From the NCBI GenBank assembly GCA_030672305.1, contig DAOVGR010000052.1, forward strand, positions 3,961 through 67,960: a DNA stretch of 64,000 nucleotides, given 5' to 3'. A program made the position numbers and the translations under genes. The notes beneath the pieces are model-generated. The model was not told the origin of the DNA. It saw only the letters and a program-made list of their open reading frames with translations, and searched no databases. Below are positions 35,086-44,339 of this stretch, one piece after another. Each line of letters begins with the position of its first letter. Position 1 is the stretch's first letter. The stretch is from Thermoplasmatales archaeon. Lineage in GTDB: Archaea; Thermoplasmatota; E2; DHVEG-1.

Positions 35086-36671
35086 AATAGATGCCTTAAA
35101 ATTGGGAACGCATTCGGAAATCTTTCGAATAACCTGAGGAAAAATGGATTATAAACAGCTTTGTTTCTTGGTGTTAGAAGATACACATCAATCTCACAGG
35201 AGTCACTTGAATCATCTGAGTTGACTACTTTTACTGTTCCAGTAAATTCTGTTTCTTTATCATCCGGTGCAACAACTTCAACATCAACTGTTATTGAATC
35301 TCCAAGAGGTAGACCTGTTCCACTAGCAGGAGTAAATGTCCATTCGCCCCATTCTGGGTATTCATCAACTTCCCAGTTTAGTTCAGATCCAGGTTCACCC
35401 ATGCTTTTCACAATGAAGCTACCCTGTACAGTGCCTCCTTGTGGTGCACTTTCCCATCTTAATTCACCCTCACAATATAAATTAGATTCATATCCAGGGA
35501 TGTATTTGTAAACTCCACCAGTATACTCATCTTGACTGAAGGAACCAGCCCAACCTATTATGCCTTCTACCCAAGTTGTTGCAAACAGTTGAATTCCAGA
35601 TACTTCAGTCCATTCTATCCAGGTATGACCGCCATCAAAGCTATATGAAGCTCCTTGATATGTAGGATCACTTGAATATACACCAGTACTTATATATAAA
35701 TTATCAGTACCTGGAACATAATCAAAATCACCTGAGTAACATAGTCCAGTTTGATCTATCATTGTCCAGGTTTCACCACCATCTGATGTTTCGGCAATAA
35801 TTCCTTCTGTTGATTCACGCTTATCCATTGCAAGACCATTATTTTGATCCTTGAATCGAGTATCTACCCAACAACCACTGCCAAATGGGGTATCTGCAAC
35901 AGTCCAATGGTAACCTCTATCTGTTGATTTGAAAACACGTCCTCTATCTGCTGAATATTGAGTACCCCACCAAACGGTATCTCCGACAACATCATAATAT
36001 CCAACTGTACCATACTCACCAGAACCCAAAGGTTCAGGTATATTTTCCTCTGGAACTCTCACCCAAGTATCTCCACCATCAGTTGTTGTATACATCTCAT
36101 AATATCCATCAACTGGATCGCCCTGGCAAAAACCATCGTTTTCGTCCCAGAAATGTACAACGTTAGGAAATGATCCAGTTTCATTATAAACTGCTGTATC
36201 TTGATGAACCCATGTAATTCCACCATCAGATGTTTTCCAAATACCTTGAGGATTACCAGAATGCATCGCAATCCATGCTGTATTTTCATCTAATGCATAA
36301 ATCATAGCAATTCTTCCATCATCTGGTGCTTCGCTTATAATATCTGCAAACCACTCATCACCACCATTTGTAGTTTTTGTAAATTCTCGACAAGGACTGG
36401 TTCCAGATAGTCCATCATATGCAGCAGCCCAAACAACATTTTCATCTACGGCATGCATAAAAGTCAAACCTCTGCTTGGCTCCCAAAATCCTGTAGCTTG
36501 TTCAACCCATCCAGGACCCTTTGATAATAATAATTTTAAGGGATCATTTACTATATTCTGAGGTTTTATAGTATCTCTTTGGTTAATCATTGCTGACGCT
36601 GGCATCACAAAAGCAAAAACTATAGCAAAAATTATAGTTGCTTTCAATATATTTTTTCCAATTTTTTTCAT
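35076..36671 (-). CDS. Secreted BNR/Asp-box beta-propeller protein + type C module + conserved tail
   Basis: Signal peptide. Asp-box repeats TTNGGDEW, SDGGITW, TTDGGDTW, STDRGYHW, SDGGETW, FDGGHTW. Type C module CEGELRWES..GSELNWEVDEYPEWGEWTFTPASGTGL. Tail TPRNKAVYNPFFLRLFERFPNAFPILRHLLGF. Confidence 0.9.
   Translation of the reverse strand: MKKIGKNILKATIIFAIVFAFVMPASAMINQRDTIKPQNIVNDPLKLLLSKGPGWVEQATGFWEPSRGLTFMHAVDENVVWAAAYDGLSGTSPCREFTKTTNGGDEWFADIISEAPDDGRIAMIYALDENTAWIAMHSGNPQGIWKTSDGGITWVHQDTAVYNETGSFPNVVHFWDENDGFCQGDPVDGYYEMYTTTDGGDTWVRVPEENIPEPLGSGEYGTVGYYDVVGDTVWWGTQYSADRGRVFKSTDRGYHWTVADTPFGSGCWVDTRFKDQNNGLAMDKRESTEGIIAETSDGGETWTMIDQTGLCYSGDFDYVPGTDNLYISTGVYSSDPTYQGASYSFDGGHTWIEWTEVSGIQLFATTWVEGIIGWAGSFSQDEYTGGVYKYIPGYESNLYCEGELRWESAPQGGTVQGSFIVKSMGEPGSELNWEVDEYPEWGEWTFTPASGTGLPLGDSITVDVEVVAPDDKETEFTGTVKVVNSDDSSDSCEIDVYLLTPRNKAVYNPFFLRLFERFPNAFPILRHLLGF
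35079..35174 (-). other. Conserved C-terminal tail (copy in BNR-propeller protein)
   Basis: TPRNKAVYNPFFLRLFERFPNAFPILRHLLGF-stop. Confidence 0.85.
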
Positions 36672-36832
36672 TTTTCATCTCCATATAAAAATGTTTTATA
36701 TAATTTATATAATAATCTATTAAAATATAAAGTTAACGAATTTCAACACATAAACTCAATTATTATTAATATAATATATTATTAATGTTAATAAGTTACT
36801 AATTTTAAATAAAAATTTGTTATATAAAAGAT

Positions 36833-36872
36833 AAAAATAAAATAGAAAAGAGAGGGCTAATTTTATAGCCCT
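36833..36872 (-). terminator. Hairpin + oligo-T terminator overlapping the stop of 36863-38011
   Basis: Sense strand: AGGGCT-ATAAAATT-AGCCCT, then CTCTTTTCTATTTTATTTT. Confidence 0.5.
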
Positions 36873-38011
36873 AATAGCTGTCTTAATATCGGGAACGCAT
36901 TTGGGAAACGCTCGAAAATCCTGTACAAGAACGGAAAATTCACTGTCTTACTTCTCGGTGTCAAAACATACACATCAATTCTACAGAAATCACTAGGATC
37001 ATTAGAGTTGATAACCTTAATATCGCCAAAGAATTCCATCTCTGAATCAGGTGGAGCAACAAAAGATACATCAACTGTAACAGGTCCAGCTTCTGGAGTC
37101 AAACCAGTACCACTAGCAGGAGTAAAAGTCCAATCAGAACCCCACTCAGGATACTCAGAAACCTCCCAATCAAGCTCAGAACCAGCATCGCCACCATTCT
37201 CAACAGTAAAACTACCGGTAACAGTAGAACCAGGTGTAACATCTTCCAATCTAAGCTCACCAGCACATTTCAGATCAGGGAAACTTGGCCAACCCTCTAC
37301 TAAAGACATACCATCATAATAGACCTCAGTAGCAGCATTTGCAAAAAGATCTACAGCAGCAATATCTAAGAGACCAAGACCTTCGTTACCGGGTCCTGCT
37401 GTCCAAGCCTTCTCGGCCAAGAGTTGTCCATTATAATAGAACTTGAACAAGTCTACATCAAGATCGATTAATGTTAACAACTCAACCCATTGGCCTGTTA
37501 TCAACGGCAAATTAATTGCATCGTGTTCTGATTCAGCTACCTGATTTAGTGCATCGAATCTAATCTGTATAGCCCATTTATTTTCCTGTCCAGCACCATC
37601 TAAATAGTCACTTAACAAGATAAAATATGAGTTACCCGAAAAATCTTCTGGTATATACTGATATGCAACATAAGACCATTGCCCACTAGTATAACCCTCG
37701 TATTCATGTACTAGATCTACATTGTCTACAACTTCCACTGATTTTACACCATCATAAGCTTGGGTATCCACAACATATGCACCATATGCTGAATCACCGT
37801 CCCAACCTTTCCAGCCACCATCTGCAGGATCTGATTCATTATCTAAATAATGCCCTACAGCATAGCTTTCAAAGTCATCAGACCAACTTCTGCCTGATGG
37901 TAAAACACCTTTCTTCATAGATACACTGCTTACACTAGATCCAAAAGCAGCTACAACAAATAGGACCACTAATCCTATCACCGACATCTTACTTAATAGC
38001 TTTTTATTCAT
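36863..38011 (-). CDS. Secreted protein (unassigned beta-rich domain) + type C module + conserved tail
   Basis: ATG 38011 lies after GGAGGTGA (MNKKLLSKMSVIGLVVLFVVAAFGSSVSS); the ORF-track start at 38146 would add 45 non-signal residues. Type C module CAGELRLED..GSELDWEVSEYPEWGSDWTFTPASGTGL. Tail TPRSKTVNFPFLYRIFERFPNAFPILRQLLGL. Confidence 0.85.
   Translation of the reverse strand: MNKKLLSKMSVIGLVVLFVVAAFGSSVSSVSMKKGVLPSGRSWSDDFESYAVGHYLDNESDPADGGWKGWDGDSAYGAYVVDTQAYDGVKSVEVVDNVDLVHEYEGYTSGQWSYVAYQYIPEDFSGNSYFILLSDYLDGAGQENKWAIQIRFDALNQVAESEHDAINLPLITGQWVELLTLIDLDVDLFKFYYNGQLLAEKAWTAGPGNEGLGLLDIAAVDLFANAATEVYYDGMSLVEGWPSFPDLKCAGELRLEDVTPGSTVTGSFTVENGGDAGSELDWEVSEYPEWGSDWTFTPASGTGLTPEAGPVTVDVSFVAPPDSEMEFFGDIKVINSNDPSDFCRIDVYVLTPRSKTVNFPFLYRIFERFPNAFPILRQLLGL
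36866..36961 (-). other. Conserved C-terminal tail (copy in type C protein)
   Basis: TPRSKTVNFPFLYRIFERFPNAFPILRQLLGL-stop. Confidence 0.85.
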
Positions 38012-38217
38012 TTTACCAATTTCACCTCCCTTTTTATTATATATAACATAACTGGGTTTTAAAATTTTCGGCGTTAAAAATAATTCATTTCCAATAAATT
38101 TACAACAATAATATTTTATATCTTCTATAACATTACAAATTATCACTATTCACAAAAGACGATAGAGTTATATAATATTAAAAGCAATTATATATTTAAT
38201 TGAAGAGGTGTAAAACT

Positions 38218-40119
38218 ATGAAAAAGTTATTACCACTTCTAGTGGTAGGGATTTTAGCCCTGGGAGGTTTTGGAGCTTTTGCTATATCTTTAAGCGAAAA
38301 ACAAAATTTTGAACAAACAACAATCTATTTTTCAGAACCAACAATAAAGGTTAATGAGAAGTATATATCTTTAGATTTACCAGAAACAACCACCTTTACT
38401 TGGGAAACAGATAAACCAATGTTACCTGTTTATACGAAAGTATATACATTTTCCTTTGGAACAAAAATAAATAGTGTGGATGTTAAGTTTTCAAATCCTA
38501 TTGAACAAGAAATATCAATGCCAATTAAGCCAGTATATGAGTCAAAAATACAATCAATATATGCATCTCATAAAATTGAAGAATCTGAAAATTTGTTTAC
38601 TTATTCGGATATTGATATTTATCCAGACCATCAATTCAGTTTTAGAACAGGTGTAGGTTTAAAGAATCTAGAACATGCAACTATACTAACAGTACATCTC
38701 TACCCTATCCAATATACTCCAAAAGAAAACAAAATTACCTATTCAAAATCTGCAACAGTTGATATCTATTATTCCTCACCTCAAGAAATTGTTGATTTCC
38801 AGGATGTGTATGACTTTTTAATTATCACCTACGACAAATTCCAATCAGCTTTGCAGCCTCTTGTGGATCTTAAAAATCAAAATGAAATAAATACAAAAAT
38901 GGTTACACTTGATGATGTCTATGATGGCACATATTTTGAGGTTGAAGGTATTGATGCACCAGAAAAAATTAAATATTTTATTAAAAATGCTTTAGAACAC
39001 TGGAATATTCATTATCTGCTTCTTGTTGGTAGTGGTGTTGAAGGTGCAGAAAAATTTCCAGTAAGATATGCCTACATGCCAGATCCACCTCATGAAGAAC
39101 AATTCGGAAGTGTTCTTTATTATGCTGACATATACAAAGAGGGGGGTGAATTTGCAGATTGGGATTATGATAACGATAGTCGTTATGCTGAGTATCCTCA
39201 AGATGTACTAGATGTAGATCTTTATCCAGATGTTTGCCTTGGATTGTTGCCTTGTAACAATGCCAGAGAAGTCAAAGCAATTGTAAATAAAATAATTAAT
39301 TACAAAGCACATAATAAAATGACAAATAAGATTGTACAAATTGGCGGTGATACCTTTCCAGGAGATCCTGAGCATATATATGAAGGAGAATTTGCAAATG
39401 AATGTGTCATGGAAGTATTACCTGGATATAGTACAACCCGATATTGGGCTTCTGAAGAAGAACTAACAAAAGCAAATATTGCAAAAGGTTTTAAGAGCAG
39501 CGTAGATTTTATGGATTTTTCTGGTCATGGTGGAACTACAGTATGGGGAACACATCCACCTGAAGATGAGGAAAAATGGGTGCCTGCAGCAACTCTAAGA
39601 TCACCCTATTTCTATTACTTTAATTTCGATTTTGATCTATACTTTGTAAACAATAATAAAAAATTACCAGTAGTAGTCTATAACGCATGTTCAAATAATA
39701 AATGGACAAACTCTGAGCAGTGTCTTGGTTACAAAACACTTAGTAAAAAGAATGGTGGAGGTATTGCATCATTTGCTGCTTCAGCATTAGGATTTGGAGA
39801 TCATGGAAGTCAAGAATGTGAAAGAAGATGGGGTTGGTGTGAAGTTCATACTTTTGAAGGATTAGTCAATGACAAAATACTCGGGAATGTATGGACTGAT
39901 GTCATAACAAACTATGTTGATAATTTTTCTTCACTAAGTTGGGATCGAATAGACCAAAAAACAATGCTAGGATATTCAATGTTTGGAGATCCAACTCTAG
40001 CAATTGAAGATGGTGATGACCCAGTTTATCTTCCTGAAAACAAACCATTGTTCAATTTTTTTGAGAAGATATTAGATTTTTTATCTAGAATAGTAAAGAT
40101 ACTTCAACAAATTCTATAA
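38218..40119 (+). CDS. Secreted C25 (gingipain)-like clan-CD cysteine peptidase, paralog of 24566-26311
   Basis: ATG 38218 lies after GAGGTG. Signal peptide MKKLLPLLVVGILALGGFGAFA. ETDKPMLPVYTKVYTF, YLLLVGSG, DFSGHGGTTVWG (His), LPVVVYNACSNN (Cys). C-terminus PLFNFFEKILDFLSRIVKILQQIL is tail-like but degenerate. Confidence 0.85.
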   Translation: MKKLLPLLVVGILALGGFGAFAISLSEKQNFEQTTIYFSEPTIKVNEKYISLDLPETTTFTWETDKPMLPVYTKVYTFSFGTKINSVDVKFSNPIEQEISMPIKPVYESKIQSIYASHKIEESENLFTYSDIDIYPDHQFSFRTGVGLKNLEHATILTVHLYPIQYTPKENKITYSKSATVDIYYSSPQEIVDFQDVYDFLIITYDKFQSALQPLVDLKNQNEINTKMVTLDDVYDGTYFEVEGIDAPEKIKYFIKNALEHWNIHYLLLVGSGVEGAEKFPVRYAYMPDPPHEEQFGSVLYYADIYKEGGEFADWDYDNDSRYAEYPQDVLDVDLYPDVCLGLLPCNNAREVKAIVNKIINYKAHNKMTNKIVQIGGDTFPGDPEHIYEGEFANECVMEVLPGYSTTRYWASEEELTKANIAKGFKSSVDFMDFSGHGGTTVWGTHPPEDEEKWVPAATLRSPYFYYFNFDFDLYFVNNNKKLPVVVYNACSNNKWTNSEQCLGYKTLSKKNGGGIASFAASALGFGDHGSQECERRWGWCEVHTFEGLVNDKILGNVWTDVITNYVDNFSSLSWDRIDQKTMLGYSMFGDPTLAIEDGDDPVYLPENKPLFNFFEKILDFLSRIVKILQQIL

Positions 40120-40680
40120 AACAAATTTAAAATTAGCAATACAAAAATTCCTTTTTTTCTTTTTTATTTTTATATGATTAAATGCTCAGAATAAATACAA
40201 TAAATAAATTCTTAAAATACTAATAAAATTAATCTATTATGTTTTTCTAATACGTCAAATATATGCAATAATTTTATTACTAGCTTCACAACCAGAAATA
40301 AATTTATTTGATAAATCAGAGTATTGGAAACTGATAATAGTTATATTGTTAATCATTATCTCTATTATTAGTACTGTTAAACTCATAACTCTAAAAAAAT
40401 TTGATAGGCCCCTGATGAAAAACTATTTGGAGTTATTAATTCTGCATTTGGTGCTTTCCAATTACAGGGTATATTGTTTTTAACATAATTTTATATGGAA
40501 AACCAATGGAACCAGATATTTAGCTAAACCTTAAATATTCCAGTAAATTGGTTGAGTTCAATATATATTACTATCTTTTTTTCTATTGAGTAAACTTTTT
40601 TAATATCGTTTAATTACTCAATTAAAAATTAGAATGTAAAATTAAAAAGACTATGGCATAAAAAATTATTTGATTTTAAT

Positions 40681-40690
40681 TTTTTATATG
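40681..40690 (+). promoter_or_regulatory. TATA-like box for tRNA-Ile
   Basis: TTTTTATATG ends 25 nt upstream of the mature tRNA 5' end. Confidence 0.5.
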
Positions 40691-40714
40691 AAAACAATAA
40701 TATATGGACTAATT

Positions 40715-40789
40715 GGGCCAGTAGCTTAGCTTGGTTGGAGCACCCGGCTGATAACCGGGAGGTCGAGAGTTCGAATCTCTCCTGGCCCA
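40715..40789 (+). tRNA. tRNA-Ile (anticodon GAU)
   Basis: Cloverleaf folded by hand. Acceptor GGGCCAG/CTGGCCC; D arm GCTT..GAGC; anticodon stem CCCGG/CCGGG with loop CTGATAA; T arm GAGAG-TTCGAAT-CTCTC; discriminator A. CCA is not encoded. 75 nt. Confidence 0.9.
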
Positions 40790-40819
40790 TTATTCTTTGA
40801 TTAGGAGAATAATTTAGTT

Positions 40820-41998
40820 ATGGATAAAATAGATCCAATATGTGGGATGAAAGGTACCATCCCCGCTCATGATCATTATTTTTGCAGCGAGCATTGTATT
40901 AAAAAATATGAAGAGCAACATGGCATATCAGAAGAAAAAAAGTATTGTCCAAGTTGTGCTGTAAAAGCTGGAACACCTTGGTATAAAGAAAGAATTTTTA
41001 TTGTAACATTAATAACATTGATAGTTCTTTCTCTTGGATATTTTTTAGATCCTGAAAAAAAAATCTTTAATGCTTTTATGGATTATTTATTATTAATATG
41101 GTGGGCAGTGTTAATAGGTTTTTTAATAGGTGGAATAATTGACTATTTTATACCAAGATCATATATTGAAAAATATTTATCTCGCCATCAAAAGAGAACT
41201 ATTGTATATTCAATAATATTTGGATTTCTAATGAGTGCTTGTTCACATGGAATTTTAGCAATAGCAATAGAATTATATAAAAAAGGAGCAAGCACCTCCT
41301 CAGTTGTTTCATTTCTATTAGCATCTCCATGGGCTAATCTCCCAATTACTTTTTTACTATTCGGATTTTTTGGAATTAAAGCGGGGTTAATAATAGTCTC
41401 TGCAATTATTATTGCTCTTATCACAGGTTTGATATTTCAAAGACTAGAAAAAAAAGGTTGGGTAGAATGTGATAAATGTAAAATCGGAGAGGATAAAGCC
41501 GTACTTTCTGATTTTTCTATTATTAAAGACATTAAACGGAGATTTAAAGAATATAAGTTTTCAGCAAAAAACAACATAACAGCAATAAAAGGTACATTTA
41601 GGGGTTCATGGGCATTGACAAAGATGGTGATGTGGTGGTTAATAATGGGAATGTTAATGGCTGCATTTGCTCGTGCATACATTCCTCATGAATTATTCAA
41701 ACAATATATGGGGCCAACATTTCTTGGATTAATTGTAACATTAATCTTTGCAACGATTATTGAAGTATGCTCAGAAGGAAGCTCTCCACTTGCTTTTGAA
41801 ATATACGAAAAATCACTTGAAGCAGGAGCACCTGCATTTGGTAACTCTTTTACATTTTTAATGGCAGGAGTTGCTACAGATTACACAGAAATTGGACTTA
41901 TCTGGCATAATATTGGAAGAAGAGCAGCTCTATGGATACCTCTAATTACAGTTCCACAAATTCTCATCTTGGGTTATTTATTTAATATACTATTATAA
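40820..41998 (+). CDS. Polytopic permease (PF03773/ArsP-like predicted permease family) with N-terminal YHS/TRASH-type Cys-rich metal-binding domain
   Basis: N-terminus DPICGMKGTIPAHDHYFCSEHC..CPSC, followed by about 8 hydrophobic helices. The permease family call is from memory of overall architecture, not a search. Confidence 0.75.
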   Translation: MDKIDPICGMKGTIPAHDHYFCSEHCIKKYEEQHGISEEKKYCPSCAVKAGTPWYKERIFIVTLITLIVLSLGYFLDPEKKIFNAFMDYLLLIWWAVLIGFLIGGIIDYFIPRSYIEKYLSRHQKRTIVYSIIFGFLMSACSHGILAIAIELYKKGASTSSVVSFLLASPWANLPITFLLFGFFGIKAGLIIVSAIIIALITGLIFQRLEKKGWVECDKCKIGEDKAVLSDFSIIKDIKRRFKEYKFSAKNNITAIKGTFRGSWALTKMVMWWLIMGMLMAAFARAYIPHELFKQYMGPTFLGLIVTLIFATIIEVCSEGSSPLAFEIYEKSLEAGAPAFGNSFTFLMAGVATDYTEIGLIWHNIGRRAALWIPLITVPQILILGYLFNILL

Positions 41999-42120
41999 AA
42001 TAAAATTAAAATCGTTTATTTTTTGGATATATTCTCATAATTAACAGAAAATTTTATATTACCATGGTGTTTAATAAATAATAAATATATAATAAAGTAA
42101 TTGTAATTGGGAGGTTGTAA

Positions 42121-44217
42121 ATGAAGAAAATTTTACCATTAATATTAATAGGAATTTTAGTACTTAGTGGATTTGGAGCTGTAGCAATAAATAGTGACAA
42201 TGAAAAACTTCAATTAAAAACAATAAGATCAATCACACCTATTAAAGGAGGGCGTGATTTTACCCATCCGGTTCTTGGGGAGTTTGGTACTGCTACCTGG
42301 TGTGGTTATTGTAAATTTGCACACTCGGCATTAAAGGAAATCTACAGCGAGGGATTTTATCCATTTCATTATATATCAATGGTTGGGGATAAAAATAAGA
42401 ATGCTTATGATAGAATAAAAGAGGATTATAATCTCTATGGTTATCCAACATTATGGTTTGATGGCGGTTATATAGTAAATGTTGGTGCAGGAAGTACTGA
42501 AGGTGCTAAAGCTACATATAATACAAGCATAAATTCATGTGGAAGCAGAGGTGTAAATGATGTTGATATATCACTTGACGTCGAATGGCTTGGACCGGAT
42601 AATCCCAATCCAGCAGATGGTATTACTGAAGTAGCTATTGAGAAATGTCTTAGTTGGACAAACTCAGAAATGAAGATTTCAGTTACAGTTGATAATAATG
42701 AAGGGAGTACATACGAAGGTACCCTACGTGTATATGTAAACGAAGTTGTATCTTCAATGGACTGGGATGATCAATTTGGCAATCCATATACTTTCCCATT
42801 TTTAGATTTTGCATTTGAGGAGGAAATTTCAATAAATGCTGGACAAACATGGGGAGACAATACATACTGGGATGGTAAAAATTATAATGATGGATATGGA
42901 AACGATTTTAGAGATATAACTCAAGAAAATATAATGGTAATTGCTGCGGTATTTGATGATGAAGTGCATGATGGATATTCTTATCCTCCAAGTGGATATC
43001 CATTTGATGCATATTACGTTGATGAAACTGAAGGTTTTCTTGCAGGTGTTGACACGGATCCAAAAACATTTGATGTCTATTTTGGTGAAAGTAGTCCTCC
43101 ACCTAAAGTATCCAGTAATCAATCCGATTTGGAGTATTGTCCCAATAATCTAGAATTCAGTACAACATATTATTGGCAAATTGTGTTATGGGATAATCAG
43201 GGATCCTCATTTACCGGACCAATATGGAGTTTCACAACAAGAGGTAATGATCCTCCAAATTCACCAAGTGATCCCGATCCAGAAGATGGAGAAACTGATA
43301 TTCCCATCAACACCTGTATTAGCTGGATATCTGATGATCCTGATGGTGATAATGTAACCTATGATATCTATTTTGGTGACATTAATCCCCCACCAAAAGT
43401 ATCCAGTAATCAGAGCAGTACAACATATTGCCCTGATGAGGTACTCGAATTTGATACAATTTATTATTGGAAGATTGTTGCGTGGGACGAATATGGAGAA
43501 ATTTCAATTGGAGCAACATGGAATTTCAAAACCGAACCAAATTATCCACCAAATACACCGAGTGATCCTGATCCTCCAGACGGAGCAAATGATGTATCTA
43601 TTAACAAGCTTCTAAAATGGGTTGGTGGAGACCCGAATCAGGGAGACAAGGTTATGTATGATGTATACTTTGGCACGAGTAGTCCTCCTCCACTAGTAGT
43701 TGAAGACCTACTTCAAACAGCTTATGATCCTGGTATAATGGAAGTAGAAACAATATATTATTGGCAGATAATTGCAGAAGATATGGAGAGTATAACTACA
43801 ACAGGACCATTATGGTATTTCACAACAGAAGTTGAACACAATGAACCACCTACACTACCAGATATTGATGGCCCAGTAAGGGGATCAGCAAATGTGGAGT
43901 TATGCTGGACATTTCATTCAGATGATCCTAATGATCACTTTATCAGATATAATATTGACTGGGGAGATGGAAACTCTGAAGTAACATTGTATTATGAACC
44001 TTGTACACCAAAAGAAGTATGTCATACCTACGAGAAAAAAGGGTCATATATCATAAAAGCTACTGCTGAAGACGAAGAAGGACTTTTTAGCGGAGAAAGC
44101 ACATTTGAATTAATAATTCCAAGAAACAGAGCAATATACAATCGATTTCTCTTACGGTTGTTTGAACGATTTTTAAATGAAAATCTGATCCTCAAATATA
44201 TTCTAGGGATATTTTAG
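42121..44217 (+). CDS. Secreted thioredoxin-fold (WCGYC) protein + 3 FN3-like repeats + type B module + conserved tail
   Basis: Signal peptide MKKILPLILIGILVLSGFGAVA. Trx-like EFGTATWCGYCKFAH..YGYPTLWFDGGY. Three repeats with D[VI]YFG..PP..V...YYW.I. Type B module ELCWTFHSDDPNDHFIRYNIDWGDGN..CTPKEVCH. Tail IPRNRAIYNRFLLRLFERFLNENLILKYILGIF. Confidence 0.9.
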   Translation: MKKILPLILIGILVLSGFGAVAINSDNEKLQLKTIRSITPIKGGRDFTHPVLGEFGTATWCGYCKFAHSALKEIYSEGFYPFHYISMVGDKNKNAYDRIKEDYNLYGYPTLWFDGGYIVNVGAGSTEGAKATYNTSINSCGSRGVNDVDISLDVEWLGPDNPNPADGITEVAIEKCLSWTNSEMKISVTVDNNEGSTYEGTLRVYVNEVVSSMDWDDQFGNPYTFPFLDFAFEEEISINAGQTWGDNTYWDGKNYNDGYGNDFRDITQENIMVIAAVFDDEVHDGYSYPPSGYPFDAYYVDETEGFLAGVDTDPKTFDVYFGESSPPPKVSSNQSDLEYCPNNLEFSTTYYWQIVLWDNQGSSFTGPIWSFTTRGNDPPNSPSDPDPEDGETDIPINTCISWISDDPDGDNVTYDIYFGDINPPPKVSSNQSSTTYCPDEVLEFDTIYYWKIVAWDEYGEISIGATWNFKTEPNYPPNTPSDPDPPDGANDVSINKLLKWVGGDPNQGDKVMYDVYFGTSSPPPLVVEDLLQTAYDPGIMEVETIYYWQIIAEDMESITTTGPLWYFTTEVEHNEPPTLPDIDGPVRGSANVELCWTFHSDDPNDHFIRYNIDWGDGNSEVTLYYEPCTPKEVCHTYEKKGSYIIKATAEDEEGLFSGESTFELIIPRNRAIYNRFLLRLFERFLNENLILKYILGIF
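43050..43835 (+). repeat. Three in-frame FN3-like coding repeats (~90-95 aa each) inside 42121-44217
   Basis: Repeating PP.[ST]PSDP.P.DG..D[VI]......W...DP.....V.YD[VI]YFG....PP.V.......Y.P...E..T.YYW.I.A.D..G.....G..W.F.T. Coordinates are approximate. Confidence 0.8.
44116..44214 (+). other. Conserved C-terminal tail (copy in Trx fusion 1)
   Basis: IPRNRAIYNRFLLRLFERFLNENLILKYILGIF-stop. Confidence 0.8.
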
Positions 44218-44339
44218 TCCAAAATTCTCTTTCTTTTTTTTTTTATTTTTCAGATTATTAATGGAAAATTTTAAAATACTAGGTAAATTATTAACAATTG
44301 TAAATATACTAAAAAGCAATTTTACAAAGGGGGTAGAAA

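Noticed and set aside
35161-35511. Long antisense ORFs (35161-35511 and 37008-37319, 116 and 103 aa) with mutually similar translations, opposite the type C modules.
   Set aside because: They mirror the conserved sense-strand module. Their similarity follows from sense-strand conservation. They have no RBS or promoter, and their Ser/Pro/Thr-rich composition is typical of shadow frames.
35076-38011. Diversity-generating retroelement idea (variable versus template repeat) for the two type C modules.
   Set aside because: No reverse transcriptase in the window. The differences between copies are not adenine-biased and are spread over the whole module, as in ordinary paralogs.
40208-40490. Open frame in the 600-bp spacer upstream of tRNA-Ile that encodes a hydrophobic stretch (..YWKLIIVILLIIISIISTVKL..).
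   Set aside because: No ATG or GTG start before 40415. The only candidate is a weak internal TTG, and there is no RBS. Probably non-coding or a decayed remnant.
40715-40789. tRNA-Ile considered as an integration site bounding a genomic island.
   Set aside because: No integrase, and no obvious direct repeat of the tRNA 3' end noticed nearby. Tail-type genes occur on both sides of the tRNA. A systematic repeat search was not possible by eye.
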